Of a stretch of DNA of 64,000 bases, positions 1 through 15,758 are shown piece by piece. This DNA comes from the human T2T-CHM13v2.0 reference genome, Homo sapiens: the NCBI RefSeq assembly GCF_009914755.1, contig NC_060930.1; one strand, 5' to 3'. Position 1 is the stretch's first letter, and each line of letters starts with the position of its first letter. The notes under the pieces were generated by a model. That model did not search any database. It was given only the letters and a program-made list of their open reading frames with translations, and was not told where the DNA came from. A program made the translations under genes and the position numbers.

Positions 1-100
1 CACGTAGTCAAGGTGTAATGAGCTATGATACATTACTGAGTATTGCACTGCATTCCAAACTTGGTTCAGAGTGAGACCCTGTCTCTAAGAAGAAAATAAT
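1..100 (+). mobile_element. 3' fragment of an old Alu (AluJ/FAM-like)
   Basis: Degenerate gcactgcattcca...cagagtgagaccctgtctct followed by an A-rich tail. Confidence 0.55.
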
Positions 101-1638
101 ACTAATAAATTTTAAAATAAATGCATAAACACATATGTGTCTGATAAGTTCCTTCCTAATACATTTCTCCATTTGTATGTTTATATTTTCTATTGCTTTT
201 TCTTTATTTTCGTTCTTGTTCTCTTAACTATTTTTGTGCCTGTTATTTTTGAATGAGCAGCATTGTAAATCCAAAATTGTAAAAATAATGTGGCTTCAGA
301 TGATGATATAGTCCTCAGGAGAATATTTACATTTGTCTCTGCAACCTTTTAGGGACACAGAATTCTGGGAGTATCTTTATCCAACATGAGGACTTGAAAT
401 GATTCAAAACTGGATTTCAACCTATACAAGGCTGACTTATTTTGATTCCATTCCCATGCTTCCCGAATGTAACTCTTCAGAATGTCAACCAAATACAGGA
501 AACTTAATGGGCCTTCTCTGAGAATGAACTGAACTTGACATTTTGTCCCTTTAGCTTCACAAGATTTTCAAAGGCCCCTTTCAGTTTCTCAGCCACTCAG
601 TCACCTCATCTGAAATCTACAGAAACACTTAGAGCAAAATCAGCTCTAAATATTAGATATACCTCTCTTCTTCCAAATCTTAACCTTCTCATTCTTCATT
701 GCCTTATTGACTTTCCATGCCTTCAGGTAAGTATTCATCTTTCCTCATTTTTTCTCAGTAGGATAGTTGGTCAAAATTTTCCAATACGCAATGACTGAAA
801 GCCTAAATCTATCCATAAATTTCTTACTGAAGGCATAGTAAAACAAGTTCTCATAGTGATTGGGCTAACAAAAACACTGAGCATTTACCAGTTTCAGAAA
901 CTCAGCTTCCAAATGTTACATACAGATTTTGCAGTAGAAAAAGTTTATTCTAATGAAAATAATCATGGTTGAGTGGATTTGAAATGCCTCATTTTCATCT
1001 TATATACACCATCGATTTGTATATAAGACAGATTAAAAGGAGAAAATAATATAAAATTAAGTTTATGCAAAGGCTTTAAAACTCATGCATATAAATTAGA
1101 GACAAAGGGGTTAGTGTAAATTACAGGATTATTTTAAGCTTTCATACTCCCACATAAAATTTATCTTTCTTTGCAATAAAAATAATTTGATTGATATGTA
1201 TTTTTTACTTATGTAAACTTCATGCATATTTTCAAAATCAGTCCTTATCTTAAAAAGTAAAAAATACAGTGTAATCACAAAATAGATAAAGTTCGGGACA
1301 AGATTAATCCATAATACCACCATCTTATCAAATAACTTATTTTTATTTTTTGTTATCTTCTAGTACCGATATAAAAAATAAACAAGGATGTTTGACTTAA
1401 CAAGGATGTTAATTCTTTATATATTTGCAATCAAATACATTATACACTTCAGTTCCATTTTTTTAAAAAAATTTACAATATAATAAATATGACCCCAAAT
1501 CTCTGTTTGTTTTTTATGGTGATTATTTAAATATCTGCATTAAAATCCCAATATTTCATTGGCATCTAATTGCATTGTTTATTTAAACCCTACTCTAGGG
1601 AAATGTATAATGCACTACAACTTAATTCAAGAACATCA

Positions 1639-1948
<310 letters not shown>

Positions 1949-2029
1949 AACAACATCAAATTGGAGGTAAATTTGGAATTTGAACAAGGATTATTCTACT
2001 TGCTACATCTTTATTTATCTCCCTGCAAC

Positions 2030-2155
2030 CTGAGACCCCAAATCTGTAAAATGGGATAATAAGAAAACTTATATCAAAAGACTATTGTGAGGATTATGCT
2101 AATCCAGATAAAACACTAAACATGTTCTGGCATACAGTAAGCACTTAATAAATAA
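2030..2155 (+). mobile_element. MIR fragment
   Basis: MIR core atctgtaaaatgggataata...gtgaggatta...ctggcatacagtaagcacttaataaata. Confidence 0.75.
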
Positions 2156-2393
2156 ATATCAGTTTATCAACTTTATTCAATCACTGCTAATCATAAACTT
2201 TGAATTACAGTATTGCATACATGCTAACCAAGAATCAAAGAGCATCACCTTTGAAATTGGAATGATAGGTTTGAATACTGACCTCATCACTGACTTGTTA
2301 GCCAGTTGGAAAGTTACATAACTTTACAAAACCTTAGCTGACCTTTTGGGATTTTAGAGGAAAAAAAAATGACTCAAAAAGTACAGTGCTGTA

Positions 2394-2726
<333 letters not shown>

Positions 2727-3084
2727 TCAGTGTTTAATTTCTTTTTTCTATTGCTTTTCTCCTATTAAGTTTGTAAAGCATGATTTGTCACCATGAATAT
2801 TCTGCTGTCTCTAAGATCATTCAGTAACTTAGCAGAAAAGCTAGAAATATTTCTCTTGGCAACTGTAGTTTTAAAAAATAACAACTCCTTTTTTACTGTT
2901 TTGATATGCCAGGGCTTAGGCACAAAATTTCCAGGAAGAAGGAGCTACGTTAATTTGGGTGAAATGTACTCTTTTGTGATTATAATAAATGGATATGATA
3001 AAAGTCAAATTGGAGATACTCCCTTCCATCTTGCATTTCTTAAGAAAAAAGAAAAAGATTTTGTTGCAGATAGAGTAATGTTCA

Positions 3085-3643
<559 letters not shown>

Positions 3644-3859
3644 TAGTAATTTCACTTTTAGGTGTTAATCTTGAAGAAACAAACCTGATTTAAAAATGTG
3701 TCATGTCAAATTCTTTAACATTATTTAAAATAGTACAAAAATTAGAAATAGCTCAATACTCAATGAAAGAGTATGCTAAAATAAATTAAGGAATAATGGT
3801 AAAAGAAATAGTTGTAGCTATTAGAGTAATAAAACTTGGTTTGTAGTGTTTTTATGTAA

Positions 3860-4181
<322 letters not shown>

Positions 4182-5305
4182 TTTTTTTTTCAACTTCTAT
4201 TTTAGATTCAGGGTGTACATATGCAAGTTTGTTAACAGGGCATACTGCATGATGCTGGGGTTTGCAGTATGAATGATCCAGTCACCTAGGTACTGAGCAT
4301 AGTACCCAACTGATAGTTTATCCACCTTTGACGCCTCATCCCTGCTCTAGTAAGTCTCAGGGTCTAATTTTGCCATCTTTATGTTCATGAGTACCCAACG
4401 TTTAGCTCCCACTGATAAGTGAGAACATGCAGTATTTGGTTTTCAGTTCCTGCATTAATTTGCTTAGGATAATGGCCTCCAGCTGCATCAATGTTGCACA
4501 AAGACATGATTTTATTCTCTTTTATGGCTGCATAATATTCCATGGTGTATATGTACTACATTTTCTTTATCCAATCCATCACTGATGAATACCTAGGCTG
4601 ATTCCATGGTTTGGCAATTGTGAATAGTGCTGTGATGAACATGTGAATGCCTATGTCATTTTGGTGGAAAGATTTGTGTTCTTTTGGATATATACTCAGT
4701 AATGGGAATGCTGCGTTGAATGATAGGTCTGTTTGAAGTTCTTTGAAAAATCTCCAAAGTGCTTTCCACAGAAGCTGAACTAATTTACATCTCCATCAAC
4801 AGTGTATAAGTGTTCCCTTTTCTCTGCAGCCTCACCAGCACCTGTTGCTTTTTGACTTTTTAACAATCACCATTCTGACTGGTGTGAGATGGTATCTCAT
4901 TGAAGTTTTGATTTGCATTTCTCTGATGATTCATGATGTGGAGCATGTTTTCATGTTTGTTTGCTTTTGAGAAGTCTTCTTTTGAAAAGTGTCTGTTCTT
5001 TTTTTTTCTATTTTTTATGGGGTTATTCGAATTTTGCTTGTTGAGTTATTTAAATTCCTTATAGTTTCTAGATATTATATCTTTGTCAGATGCATACTTT
5101 GCAAATATTTTTTCCCATACTGTAGGTTGTCTATTTTCTCTTTTGACAGTTTTCTTTGCTGTGCAGAAGCTCTTTAGTTTAACTAGGTCCCACTTGTTAA
5201 TTTTTGTTTTTGTTGCAATTGCTTTGGATGACTTAGTCATAAAGTCTTTCCCAAGATCAATATCAAGAATGGTATTTCCTAAGTTTTCTTCTAGGATTTT
5301 CATAG
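4182..5305 (-). mobile_element. 5'-truncated L1 (L1PA13-16-like): 3' UTR plus ORF2 C-terminal remnant
   Basis: ORF 5046..5315(-) [17 protein letters not shown] is L1 ORF2p; 3' UTR gatgctggggtttgcagtatgaatgatccagtcacc; poly(T) abuts the AluYa5. Confidence 0.9.
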
Positions 5306-7091
5306 AGTATCTCAAAAAGTAAATAAGTTAATAAAAACAAAGGTACATTCCGCAGTGGGAACTCAAAATATTGAGATACATTGCAGTTTAAATCCACTTG
5401 ATGTGAGAAAATTATAAAGGACTCAGAATATTTAGCCTCCTCCTGTGAATAAGGAAGGCTAATGATGCATCTTCCATGCCAGAGAGCAGACAAAAAGAAA
5501 GAACACAAGTTAAAGGAAAGTTCAGTTTCATTCAAACTCAGGTAAATCTAGCAATTAGAGCTACAAAAAAAATGAAAAATAAATTTTTTTTGAGAATTTT
5601 AGAATTGGTCATTCATTACTAAAAATTTTCACCCAAAATGTGAATGATTACTTATCATTGTTTTATTGTTTCAGATGTGGTTTATTTATACTAATTATAA
5701 TCCCTAAACTTCAAAAAAAAATTCTCCTTTCTAGTCAATTTCTCCACAGATGATAGCACCAAGGGTTGTTCATGCTGGATTCAGAAAGCAAAAATGGAGA
5801 ATCTATTCGTCTCTGACGACAGCTGTTGGACATAGAATTTTACCTTTGCTTTCACTGTTGCTGCTAGGTGAGATCTTGGACAGTCACTTCTTGTGCTACC
5901 AGATATCTGGACCTCTTCTGGAGAGGTTCCTCACTTCTGTGCTGCAGATTGCTAACCTTATTGGAGGGGTGTCCTTGTGCTGTGATGTCTCCATTTCTGA
6001 ATTCCCTAACAGCAGCTTTCTCCAGCCTTCCAGTCGTATACCTTATTTTAAGCCTTTAATTCTCTGTATTAAGACTCTTCCTGCTTAAAATACCCAGAAT
6101 GACCTCTATTTTTCTTGAATGACTGATGCATAATTGAATAGAAGCTGGATCACATGCGTTCCACAAAGCACACTGTCATTACTATACATAACACTGTATA
6201 GTATAATTACAATATATATGCAATATATATTACCATATATATTACTGTGTATATATTACATATTATAGGTTGAAAAAAAATAATTGAATAAGAAAAAGTA
6301 TGCCTGTATATTTATTTGACTAAAAAGCAAATATGCCATTGTATACTGTTTTATAAATTCTACACTTTTAAATGTGTAACAGTCCAGTGCAATTAAAATA
6401 CATCAGTACAGAGATGCAAATTTTACATGTAGTTGCTAATTATTCTGGAAATTAAAACACTGACATTTTCTGAACTCTTAGTAACTAATAAAATCAAGTC
6501 ACTAGTTTTCTACTCACATCCTTAATTGTCTGAAAAATTAAAACTGTCAGATTATACTCAAAGTATGGCTATCCCTTTGAAGTTTTATTTTATTTATGAG
6601 TTTTATTTTCACTCTGAATTAAGAAAGGAGGGTAAAGCCAAGAATATAATTGAAATGGTCTTTAAGTTGAATAGTCATGGGTGTGGCCTACCCAAACATG
6701 CAAGCTATGGGAGGAAGCCACTTTCTTGGATTAATTCTGGAAGGAGACTTTCAGAAGCTGAATTTCAGAATTATTCATATACTTATGGGACAGCATGTCA
6801 CCACAGATCAGAGCTCTGGAAAAGACCTGAAAGCCTAAGCTAGGGTAAAGAATGGAGAGAATCTGCGGGAGCTAGACCTTAGGTTTGCAAAGAAATTGGG
6901 CTCGATTATGTTGACAAACAAGAGGAATTGTTCAGACACTCAGGGTGTGAGAGCCTAGGATGAGGTTCATTGAGCAACACTGGGTAAAATAGTTAAGATC
7001 AATAAGAAAAGCAGAGCTGATCTTGAGGTTCGTATAAACATCAAAATTTTCCCACTCCTTAAATATAGTTTTGTCTTTGTCCTGTCTTTCA

Positions 7092-7092
<1 letters not shown>

Positions 7093-7137
<45 letters not shown>

Positions 7138-7147
7138 ACATACACAC
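7093..7147. repeat. (CA)n microsatellite, about 19 perfect units plus degenerate tail
   Basis: Seen directly. Confidence 0.97.
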
Positions 7148-7689
7148 GGTATTATTCTGTCTAAATGTCAAATATAGTGCTAATTGCCAATAATGTAAAA
7201 TAAATGTACTTATTTATTTTTAAGTACCCAGTCTCTGAATTGTAATTGTGATTTAAGAATTTCCCTTTCATAATCCCAACCAATTTCAACTACTTATATA
7301 TGTCTTATCCCCTTTATTTTTGGAGGATAGGAAACACTCTTGTGCAAAATTAGGAAATTATTAAATGAGTCTACTGTTCTTTATTTGTCCTCCCCCAACT
7401 CCCCAGTGACTAAAACAATGTGCCCTTCACTAATTCATCTTACTAGATTTTTGGATTTAATTAATAATATCTTTTAGGAAGTATTTCCAATTAAAGTTGT
7501 GTTTTTATCCTTGCCTTCATTACACTAAACATTCACAGATTTATATATTGATATCTTAATATTGTTTGTCAGTTTTTTTAAATATGAAAATTTGTAATGA
7601 ATTATAATAACATGCAGAATCCCAGTGGGCATTAATGCTAAAAGATTAATTGTATATCCAGCTTCATTATTTTACAACTTATGATACTA

Positions 7690-7797
7690 AAACTAAAACT
7701 GTGATGATAATGTCCACCCCTCAGATGTTGTTAAGATTAATTGAGACATCATGTATAAAGCACTTAGCACAATGACTGTGTATGTGCAATAAATATT
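7690..7797 (+). mobile_element. MIR fragment
   Basis: gttgttaagattaattgaga...tgtataaagcacttagcacaatg...caataaatatta. Confidence 0.65.
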
Positions 7798-9331
7798 AAT
7801 CCTTTTCTCTTTCCCTTTAGAAAAGTTTTAAAATTTCTCAGAGCTACCACATCCTAAATTCCTCTCACCTATGTTCACATATATCAAGTTCATCGTTGCT
7901 CCATGTATCTAGAGATCACTTGCCTCTGGTTAAAATAACAGATTCATGAGCTCCAATTATGTAATGATCTTTAGGACTAGGAACAGAAATCTGCATTTTA
8001 ATAAACTCCCACCTGTTATGTATGTACCTGATGTTTGAAGGCAATTCACGTAGCCTTTTCATAACAGTTGACTACTGAAATAGTTCGCTGCAAATCCTAT
8101 CTAGAAGAAAAGGTGAAAAGTGATTTTTTTTTAAGTTTTAAAAACTGAACATGAGGATTAATTGTAGAAAAGAATATTGGGTAGAAAAATAGTGCATGCT
8201 GAGTGATGTGGAGGTGAAATATGATACCCAACAAATCAGAATTTGAGGAAGGAATGAAAATATATTATTAATAAAATTGCATAGTAAATGGAGAATTTGA
8301 ATGGTTTCTACACAACTCAGGCAATGCAATAACTGCCTTGAATGCAGTGAGGTGTCAGTTTTCTTTCATCATTTTAACAACATATGATTGAAGCTATCAG
8401 GCTGTATTCAATTTTCAACCTTAATGTTATTAGTATATTTTCCCTTAACTGTACACTTTAAAATGCATTAAAGTGCAAAAGTAACAGAAAAAAGAATTTT
8501 AATTCTTTCATCCAAAGTTTCCAACTTACGCCTCTCTCCAATGAGATTCAGGTATCTCCATAAATTATTCTAAAGTGAGACCAACCTCAGGTTTAGCAAA
8601 TTGGGATATTTTAAATCCTATGGTCACAGAGAGGACTGCAGTCTTCATGCTAGTTAATAGGCAAGTTTTTACATTTTTAAAAATTTGGATTGACTGACTC
8701 GTTGCAAATATTCTCAATTTATTTTTGTTAGTTCCTTTGTATTGTATTTACCTTCCCGCAAGTTTGATAATTACTTTTCCTATTGTCTCTGCTCTAAATT
8801 AATTATTTACTATTTTGTTATAATATTTATCAAGAGGCAACTTTGTTACAGATATTTGGCATCTGGTGAGCTTTCTATTCTCTTTATTTTTCTAGGACAC
8901 ATTAAAGTGTCAGATTTTCCTTATAACAAATTACAAATCTGGTTGTCTGAAAGCTGTGCTTATATGAATTGTTATTTGGTAAATTTCTGCTTCAAATGAC
9001 TACATTATATCATAATGGAGTGTAGGAATTAATAACAATTCCTTCCATTTATTATCATGTTATAAAATACATGATTCCATTTGTTTTTGCAATGTTATGG
9101 GACAGACAAAATGATTGTCCCCATTTACATACATGCAAGAATTGAAAAGTTTAAGGTTATGCAACACTGAGTGGTGGACCCAGAAACTTGACTCAAACCT
9201 TCTCACTCAGCATCTGTTTGTCTCTGCCCTGTGCCAACTTCTGGTTGGTATCACTGCTGATGATCTCTAGATAATTGGAACTAGTCTGGTGCAAACTGTT
9301 TAACTCTTGGTTGTAATTCCAATGATGTTTA

Positions 9332-9511
<180 letters not shown>

Positions 9512-9894
9512 TCATAAAGTAGAGTTAATCTGAACTGTTTGCAGCTTCTAGTAGTAATCACACAGTGGCAATGGTCAGCCATTTAATTTTAACTCTATAT
9601 AGCCCCTAATTCAATATTTTATTGACAAGGAAACATAAACCCAAAAGTTCATCTAAATCAATTACATCCCTAGGATCCTGGTCACAGAAGCAGGGAGCAG
9701 TGGTTCACAGCTTAAAAGCTGGCTTCCCTGAACAGTTGTAGTAGCAGACCTTTAATAAATTCAGCTTATCATGATTGTTTTAACAGTATGTTTAGAATGT
9801 AAACTCAGTAGTATTTCCTTTATCTCAGAGACTAGAAACTATATTGCACTGTAGAGATGATCCAGAGATTGGATGTGTTACAAGCACCATCCAA

Positions 9895-10205
9895 AACCCT
9901 GCTTAGTCACTTTCCATCTGGGTGAACTTGAGCAACTTAAATGTCACCAAGATTCAGAGTTCTCAGCATTAAAATGAAGACAATAACCACTTGTAGAGAG
10001 GTCAGAGATCTGGCATACATAAAATTTGCCACAGTTATCTCTTGTGAGTAGTTTATATTAATTAAATCTTTAATTCTTAATATATGGAAAGAATATTACT
10101 CTAGTATATGAAGACAAAATTTCCACCCTGGGTTGGCTGTGACCTGGCCATTTAACCTTAGTTGAGTCACTTATTCTTTCTCTGGGTCTCGTTGTTAAAA
10201 TAAAG
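9895..10205 (+). mobile_element. Two degraded MIR fragments
   Basis: gtgaacttgagcaacttaa...taaaatgaagacaataa and gagtcacttattctttctctgggtctc. Confidence 0.5.
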
Positions 10206-11523
10206 TGGTTTCTTTTTCTAACAATGTAATTACCACTGTTTAATGATTTACCTCTAAGTTGTTGGAAGTTAGTTCTATATTCTTTTTTTCCCACACAAAG
10301 ATTTTCAAGCACTGGCTCTCAGTGTACTGACAAATAAATACTCTGAAACATTATATGTATTTCTAGTTACTGGCTCTATATAGATTTTTATATCTGAATA
10401 ACATAATCTTTTACATCAACTAAGCTGCCAACTGACTAAACTATTGGCAGCTTAAACTATATTTTGAAAAAAAAACATGTACTCTGAGAATTATTGGATA
10501 GAAGAGGAAAATAGCCTCTATGTTCATCAGAGTAAATGCTGCCTGTCCTTTCTTAAAAGATTCTGCCACAACTCTCATTACAAATAAGGCTAATAGAGAT
10601 GAATCATGATTTACTTGACTATAACTCAAAATATTCAAATGGAAAGATTTTAACAAAAGTCTAAGCTGCTGTATTATCTGGTAAATTTTAAGTCAATAGT
10701 ATTTTAAGGGAAATATCTGTTGATTAGAATAAATTATAACTTGGCTTATTTTTCCCTTTGGTTTTGTCAAGTGTAAGATCTGTGTGAACCGCCATGAAAT
10801 AAGGAGTAGACAAGATTAGCAGCAGCTGCTATTAAAGGGATGAATGAGAATGTCAGAAGAATAGCTCAATGAATTACCAGGGGGAGAATGGGCAAGTTCT
10901 GTTCATAGATGGTAACATGAATAGGGACATTCAGAAAGAAAACAGAGCATTAATACGGCTATAAGGACAATTACAATAGGATGTAAAGCAATAATAGTTA
11001 AAGGATTAATAGAAATGGCATCCACTAGGGTTAAATTTGAACAAAAGCAGAAGTTAGGTGGAAAACAGGCAGTTTCATCAGAACAGGGACACAATGGGTG
11101 TTCTGATGCCACACCTAACCAAAAAATTCTTCACCTTGGCTTTGGTTTTTTCCTGTGCACCTGTGAATTTTCATCCAGTAACATCAATATTTGGTGAGAC
11201 TTTTAGGTATAATATGTAACATTTATTTGTTATGTTTATTATTTGTATTTTATATGCATCAGTATTATGCATAATTTTATGTAAGAATCCTAGCAAGAGA
11301 TTAGGTCTTCCATAAAGCAAGTACTGCAAGGAATCCTGAGAAAAAATATTCTGGGGCATGTGACACTCAGACTAATGGCCTAAAACTCATGTCACCGAAG
11401 CCCAAGGTTTATCAGAGCTTCTCTGGCATCAAAAGGACCTCCTATCCTGCTTCACCAATAGCAAATGCCTTTTTATTATTTTACATTTTGGAGTTACATG
11501 AGTTCTGCTTTTTAAAATATTTG

Positions 11524-11644
11524 ATCATTACAAAATGTATCCATGCATTGAAACATCACATCATATCCTATAAATATTTACAATTATTAAATTGCCAATT
11601 AAATTAAAACAAAACTTTAAAAAATAAAAATAAAATCAAACATA
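11524..11644 (+). mobile_element. Very short L1MA 3' end
   Basis: atcattacaaaatgtatccatgcattgaaacatcacat...aaatatttacaattatt plus A tail; TSD aaaatatttg at 11514-11523 and 11645-11654. Confidence 0.75.
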
Positions 11645-12807
11645 AAAATATTTGTAAACAATGACTCCAGAGACCATATGGTACCAAATAAACTATAATT
11701 CTTTCAAAAAGTTACAAACTCTTTTGAAATATTACCTTTTCAAATATACTGCCTGCTTATTACTAAGGTGTTAATATCAGAGAATATACAGAACACAATA
11801 TTTTAGTTTTGATACTGCAAGAATCAGAGGAAAGAAATACAAATTTTTGTGATAAAAAAGAGAAAAAAAAGAAGAAAAAAAGAAATTACAATAAAGTTAG
11901 AAAAACAAGTCAGAAATCCTCTCCAAGAAAGAAATGTTTAAACATGTGAACACATTTGTTCAAAATGCAAAACATGTACATCAAAAGTTGTTCTCTTACA
12001 TTTCAATAAAATAGGAGAATTACAAGGGCTTCCTATTGTCTTAAAGGTAATTTTTCATTATGGGAGAATAACTGTCAGCAGTATTCTTATGATGAATTTC
12101 AATGTATATATAAACAATAAGTTCATCTAATATGCATTACCTTGCAGATCATTCATACAGAGTTAACTGACTTTAAGCTTTTAATAATGTCATCTGGCAA
12201 ACTCAGTCCAAGTTATCATTTAGTGGCATAATATAGCTATATTTTCAAGAACTTTATTTTGAAGGTGAAATAAAGCACCAAGCACAGGAAATGCTTATTT
12301 GCCAAGAACAGACATAAGTCATTTTATGTCCACCACAAGCACACCTTACTATATTACTCACAAGTTTCACATTCAGCCAAAGTCAAGCCGTTCATTCCCA
12401 CATCACCTTTGGAAACTTTGTAGCAAGGCTTGGTATAAATTTACCTTTAAATTATGAACAGGTAATTTATCATTCCTCTTAGGAAAAAGAAAATGGTTTT
12501 TGGAGGTTTGATTATATGCTTTGACACATTTTTACCCTTTACTGAGACCTCAGCAAGCACAGTACCATTCGTGAAGAAATATATGTTCTTGTAATTTGTG
12601 TAGCACAGCCCTCATCACCAGGCCTTAAATTATCTTACCTAACATCCATTTCCAGTTACTAAAAAGGAAGCATAAAAATTGAAGACAATTTATAGTACAA
12701 AGAATAAAAAAGAAAAGAAGAAGGAGACAGATGGAGAGAAAGAAGGAAAAGAAGGAGTCAGAAAATAGAACCTAAACTGATCAATGAGGTGATTAAAATT
12801 GCCTAGG

Positions 12808-13189
12808 TATTGTGGGCTTAATTATGCCCCCCTCCCAAATTCAAATGTTGACATCCCAACTCTCAGAACCTCAGAATATAACTTCATTTGGAGATAAGAT
12901 CTTTAAAGAGGCAATGAAGTTAAAATGCAGTTATTAGGGTGGACCCTAACCCAATATGACCATGTTCTTGTAAGAAGGAGATTAGGGCACAGACACGTGG
13001 AGAAAAGACCATGTGAAACAGGGAGAAGACAGGCATCTTTGTGGCAAGAAAGGCCTCAGGAGAAACCAAACCTGCAGACACCTTGATCTCAGACTTCTAG
13101 ACTCCAGAATTGTGAGAAAATAAATTTGTTGTGTTTAAACCACGCCCAGTCTGTGGCACTGTTACGGCAGGTCTTACCAAACTAATAGA
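12808..13189 (+). mobile_element. MLT1B/MLT1A-like MaLR solo LTR
   Basis: cccaaattcaaatgttga...ggcctcaggagaaaccaaacctgcagacaccttgatctcagacttc...aaactaataga. Confidence 0.88.
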
Positions 13190-14019
13190 CTGGGCAATGG
13201 AAAGAAAATTGAGTAAAAATTTAATGTGTGTTTAATTATGAGAAAGCTTATTAAATGAAGAGTTTTTATTAAATTTATTGGCAATACATAATTAGATGAA
13301 ATGGGAAGAGCAAATAATTGAGCTTTCCAGTTATTTGCTAAGTCAGTTGTTTGCGAAGTATAATAAATTAGACTAATATACTCATCAGAATTTTTCACTA
13401 ATAAAAGGGTTGATATCAACCTCATAGACAAAAAATAAAGTTACTTCCATTCAAAATTAATCATATATCAAGTGGTATCACTTAACAAATGTCTGGATAA
13501 ATTTTTTACACATGATATTGAAAATCACCTCTTAAAATATGAAAGCCTAACTTGAGAGGGGCTTTATTATTCAAAAACAGAATGAAGTCGTCTCAGTTCC
13601 TACTTGTGCCTCTCCTGAAAACACCCAAAGATTTCTTACTTTGCCCATTTCTTAAATATATAATGAAAAAATAACCAAACTGATGAAATAAAAGAAAATT
13701 TTACACAATAATTCAATCTTTTGTGAGGTTGAATTCTTGGCATTATCAATATCAAGATCTAACTGAAAACTGCTTTAAAAACAATTTATTGGTTTACGTA
13801 ACTGAACATTCCTAGGAAAGGAGAACTTAGCTGTAGTTTAATTCTGAGGTTCATTAACTTGTAAGATTTCCATCTTGAGTTCACAGTAATTCTCCTAGTC
13901 CTGCTCTCCTTCATATGCCAAATATGTGCTCCAGTGGCTTTCTATATGGTAACAAAAGTAGTTGCCACAGCTGTTGGCTTCCCACGCAGACGTTATACTG
14001 TCATTATATCCAACTACTC

Positions 14020-14222
14020 AAACTGTATCCATGGGATGGGGCCTAAGAATCTGCCTACGTCCTCCAAATGATTTCTACAAGCACTAAATTTTGAGAAGCA
14101 CTGTTCTAGAGCTTGCATATTAGTATGACTTGAGGGAGATTGTGAAATAATATCATGGCCTGAATCCTGTCTCAGAGATTCTAAGTGTATTGGTCTGAGA
14201 TGGGGACCACGTAGTGCTATTA
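14020..14222. mobile_element. MER5-type hAT-Charlie fragments (the second is interrupted by Tigger)
   Basis: ggggcctaagaatctgc...aaattttgagaagcactg; cagagattctaagtgtattggtctg. Confidence 0.6.
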
Positions 14223-15230
14223 AAGGCAGTCCTTCCTTTACATGGTTTCTGTATCCAGCTTTCAGTTATTATGGCTTAGTTAAATAACACCTATTCCCCA
14301 ACAACACTGCTGAAATTTCAGTTGTGATGGCATATTAATTGTGAGGAATTGTATAAAGTGCAAATTTTACTGTCAGTTCTTCAGTCCACAAATTTCTACA
14401 TAAAAAAACAGGTACTCATGGGGTCAGTGATCAATCACACCACTTTTTCTAAAGCATGCTTGTGACTCATCACTGCACATCTGTTCATCAGTTCACTCAC
14501 ATGAAAGTGTGTCTCTCAGTGATAAACCCATGTAACATATTATAACATGGGTAATCAGAAAAGGAAATTGGCCAACCAAGTTAAAAGGGCAGCAAAGAAA
14601 TAAAAATGATAATTCTGGGAGTGAAATGAAAATTCAGTGTAAATGGAATAGCTGACTGTGGGAAGGTGTTGACACTGCTGCTGTTTGATAGATCCTAGAT
14701 GTGGAAGAGACAAATATAGTGAAGGTGAACTTATCAGCATGAATGAGGAAGGTGGTTGGGAAGAAAAGAATAAAGATGCTTCAGAGGAAGTGACATGGGC
14801 AAGAAGTTTTGCATTAAAGGAAATCTGAGATATCTCATGGCATTGAAAGCACAAAGGATAAAATGTTGGAAGCTGACCTAAACTCGGAAAGGAGTGTGGT
14901 AATTTGCAAAAGCATAGAAGAAGTGCTCATTTAGTATCATAAGTGATACAAGAAGGCAAGCACTGTTTAAATTTCTTTATATAAGTTTTCTACAAAAAAG
15001 TAAACATATTTCTCAATGTTTGTGATGTTTTCATTGCTAAATAAATATTAGGTTACTTTAAAATTTCACAACATTAATGAGACAGCAAGATAGTTTTTAA
15101 TAATTTGCCAAAAAATCAAGGAATAATTTGAATTTTCTTAATGATTGATAATTAAGATCACTTTGCATAATTTCAGATTGTATTGTCATTTCTACAATCA
15201 CGCGCTACTGTGCAAAGCAGGAACTGCCTG
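14223..15230. mobile_element. TcMar-Tigger DNA transposon (Tigger6-like), about 1 kb
   Basis: Imperfect TIRs aggcagtccttcctttaca / tgcaaagcaggaactgcctg; TA target on the left; splits a MER5. Confidence 0.75.
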
Positions 15231-15232
15231 TG

Positions 15233-15471
15233 CTCATAAACTCCCCCGGTATCTCAAAAGCGCTGACAGAGTTGAGAACCACTGATCCGATAAGCAGCTC
15301 TCAAAATGTGGTACTGGGATCATTAGCATCAAAATCAATAACATAATTTATTACAAATGTAATAACTCAGGCTCCACCCAGCTGGGGGTGGTACCTCATA
15401 ATTTGTGTTTTATTTAGTAGGCCTTCTGGGTAATCGTGATTCTAACACATGCTAAAGATTGAGAATCACTA
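15233..15471. mobile_element. MER5 3' remainder plus an adjacent MER5A
   Basis: gagttgagaaccactg; ctctcaaaatgtggt...agcatca...taaagattgagaatcact. Confidence 0.6.
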
Positions 15472-15758
15472 ATCTAGTAAATAAAGAACTTCTTTTCCTA
15501 AGACTTCAGCAAAGTAGGAAGCAAGTCTTTCTCAGTATTCTAGCAGTATCTTGTGTGCTCTTCACCTCTATCAAGACGTGGAACTGTCACTGATTCATTT
15601 GCTCTGTCTTATTAAGAAAGTGAAGAGGAAATATGTAAAATTATTATGGATCAATTATAACTTTTAAAAATACATTAAAAAGATCATATCCTTAAGAAAG
15701 TGAAGAGGAAAGTGGCTGCTAGGAGAATCCCAAAGTTTCTACTACAAACCTCTTTTTT

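Noticed and set aside
1381-1410. aacaaggatgtt repeated twice
   Set aside because: Small local slippage duplication with no further structure
5720-6130. GC-richer segment with a 112-aa ORF
   Set aside because: The 3' end resembles an old ERVL-type LTR terminus; too degenerate to assign and no coding evidence
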